IMG/VR virus record: IMGVR_UViG_3300045988_127440
Span: 1 to 40,517 of that record
Strand: one strand, 5' to 3'
Origin: a virus
DNA: 40,517 bases
The position numbers and the translations under genes were made by a program. The stretch's first letter is position 1. Each line of letters starts with the position of its first letter. The notes beneath the pieces are model-generated. The model was not told the origin of the DNA, did not search any database, and saw only the letters and a list, made by a program, of their open reading frames with translations. This document shows, in pieces, positions 39,897 to 40,517 of the stretch.

Positions 39897-39944
39897 GAAC
39901 TTTTACGGAACTTTTTAGGAAACTTTACGGAACTTTTACGGAAT
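39897..39944. repeat. 11-bp phased tandem repeat (GGAACTTTTAC x4 plus a partial copy)
   Basis: ggaacttttac ggaacttttta ggaaactttac ggaacttttac ggaa, plus a solitary ctttacgga at 39881. Confidence 0.8.
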
Positions 39945-40403
39945 TTATATAAGTGATTTTATTCTGTTTATAATATCATTCCTCATAACTCTGCATTTTT
40001 TATCTGAGTAACCTATTTCTTCTCCTACATCTAACCAGCTTGGTGCTTTTTTTCTGTTAGAGAAATATCTAAAACTAACAAGTCTTTTCTCTTCTTCTTT
40101 TAGCAGCTCCAATGCATTTTCTATTTTTCTAATCTGTCTCTCTTTTTTATGTATCTTATTTTCTATTTCTATTATCTGTCTTTCTTTTGCAAGTACTTCA
40201 TTTTCAACTGTATTGCTTATGTTATTTGTTTGTCCTGTTCTTTCGTCAGCATAGCTAATAGCTTTGCATCCCTTGTAATCTATTTCTAAATATTCTAAAT
40301 CTATTTTTAGACTGTTTAACTCTATTTTCATAGAGTTGTAATTATATAATTTACCTTCTGCATCTGAAAATGTTTTATCTTTTTCTATTGTTTTACTAGC
40401 CAT
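39945..40403 (-). CDS. ArpU/RinA-like late transcriptional activator
   Basis: 152 aa. N-terminal LYNYNSMKIEL, central coiled coil, C-terminal sigma-region-4-like RLVSFRYFSNRKK...DVGEEIGYSDKKCRVMRNDIINRI. Upstream of the packaging genes. Confidence 0.7.
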   Translation of the reverse strand: MASKTIEKDKTFSDAEGKLYNYNSMKIELNSLKIDLEYLEIDYKGCKAISYADERTGQTNNISNTVENEVLAKERQIIEIENKIHKKERQIRKIENALELLKEEEKRLVSFRYFSNRKKAPSWLDVGEEIGYSDKKCRVMRNDIINRIKSLI

Positions 40404-40517
40404 GCTCCCACACTCCTGTTATAATATTATTAAGGAATTTGTCGGAATGTGAAAGCATTCCTTTTTTTATGTCAATTATTTGTATCTTACATGCATAATC
40501 TACTTACTATCCACAAA
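40399..40517. repeat. Terminal direct repeat, copy 2 (identical to 1-119)
   Basis: See copy 1. The repeat spans the first 5 nt of the ArpU-like gene and its upstream region. Confidence 0.9.

Noticed and set aside
1-40517. A diversity-generating retroelement, retron or other RT-based system acting on the tail fibre
   Set aside because: No reverse-transcriptase-like ORF exists, and I saw no template/variable repeat pair near the receptor-binding genes.

Overview
This window is a complete, circularly closed genome of a temperate siphovirus-type phage or prophage, about 40.4 kb, with its first 119 nt identical to its last 119 nt. The host is probably a low-GC Firmicute, Clostridium-like: the DNA is very AT-rich, the lysis cassette is XhlA-holin-amidase, and the integrase is a large serine recombinase.

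Minus strand, in transcription order:
- Cro-like gene, then two antirepressors and small accessory ORFs.
- ERF recombinase, an HNH homing endonuclease, the replication initiator (with internal iterons) and DnaB.
- DNA-binding proteins, VRR-NUC, two MazG-like genes, a sigma-70-family factor and a PAPS-reductase-like PP-loop enzyme.
- An ArpU/RinA-like late activator, then a 450-nt structured ORF-free leader.
- HNH, a lipoprotein/RHH moron, a C/G-tract candidate cos region, and TerS(P27)/TerL.
- Portal, ClpP-like protease, capsid, connectors, major tail protein, a frameshifted chaperone pair and the tape measure protein (TMP).
- Dit, a 1548-aa tail lysin, an SGNH-esterase receptor-binding protein, and the lysis cassette.

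Plus strand:
- The lysogeny module: short XRE repressor, two-repeat lipoprotein, serine integrase.
- A three-gene moron cassette with its own promoter and operator.

Most noteworthy unexplained or unannotated signals:
- A tRNA-like T-arm module, an 11-bp phased repeat array and a terminator in the late leader.
- Two small unannotated RHH genes, each in a divergent-promoter switch. One pair shares a palindromic -35 hexamer.
- A Cheo-type SOS box in front of a 39-aa ORF next to a repressor that has no autocleavage domain.
- A candidate TA/defence moron cassette, and a 27-aa hydrophobic peptide ORF near a candidate attP.

Coordinates not taken from the ORF track were hand-counted and may be off by 1-2 nt, especially at homopolymer runs. 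All family assignments are motif recognition by eye, not database searches.
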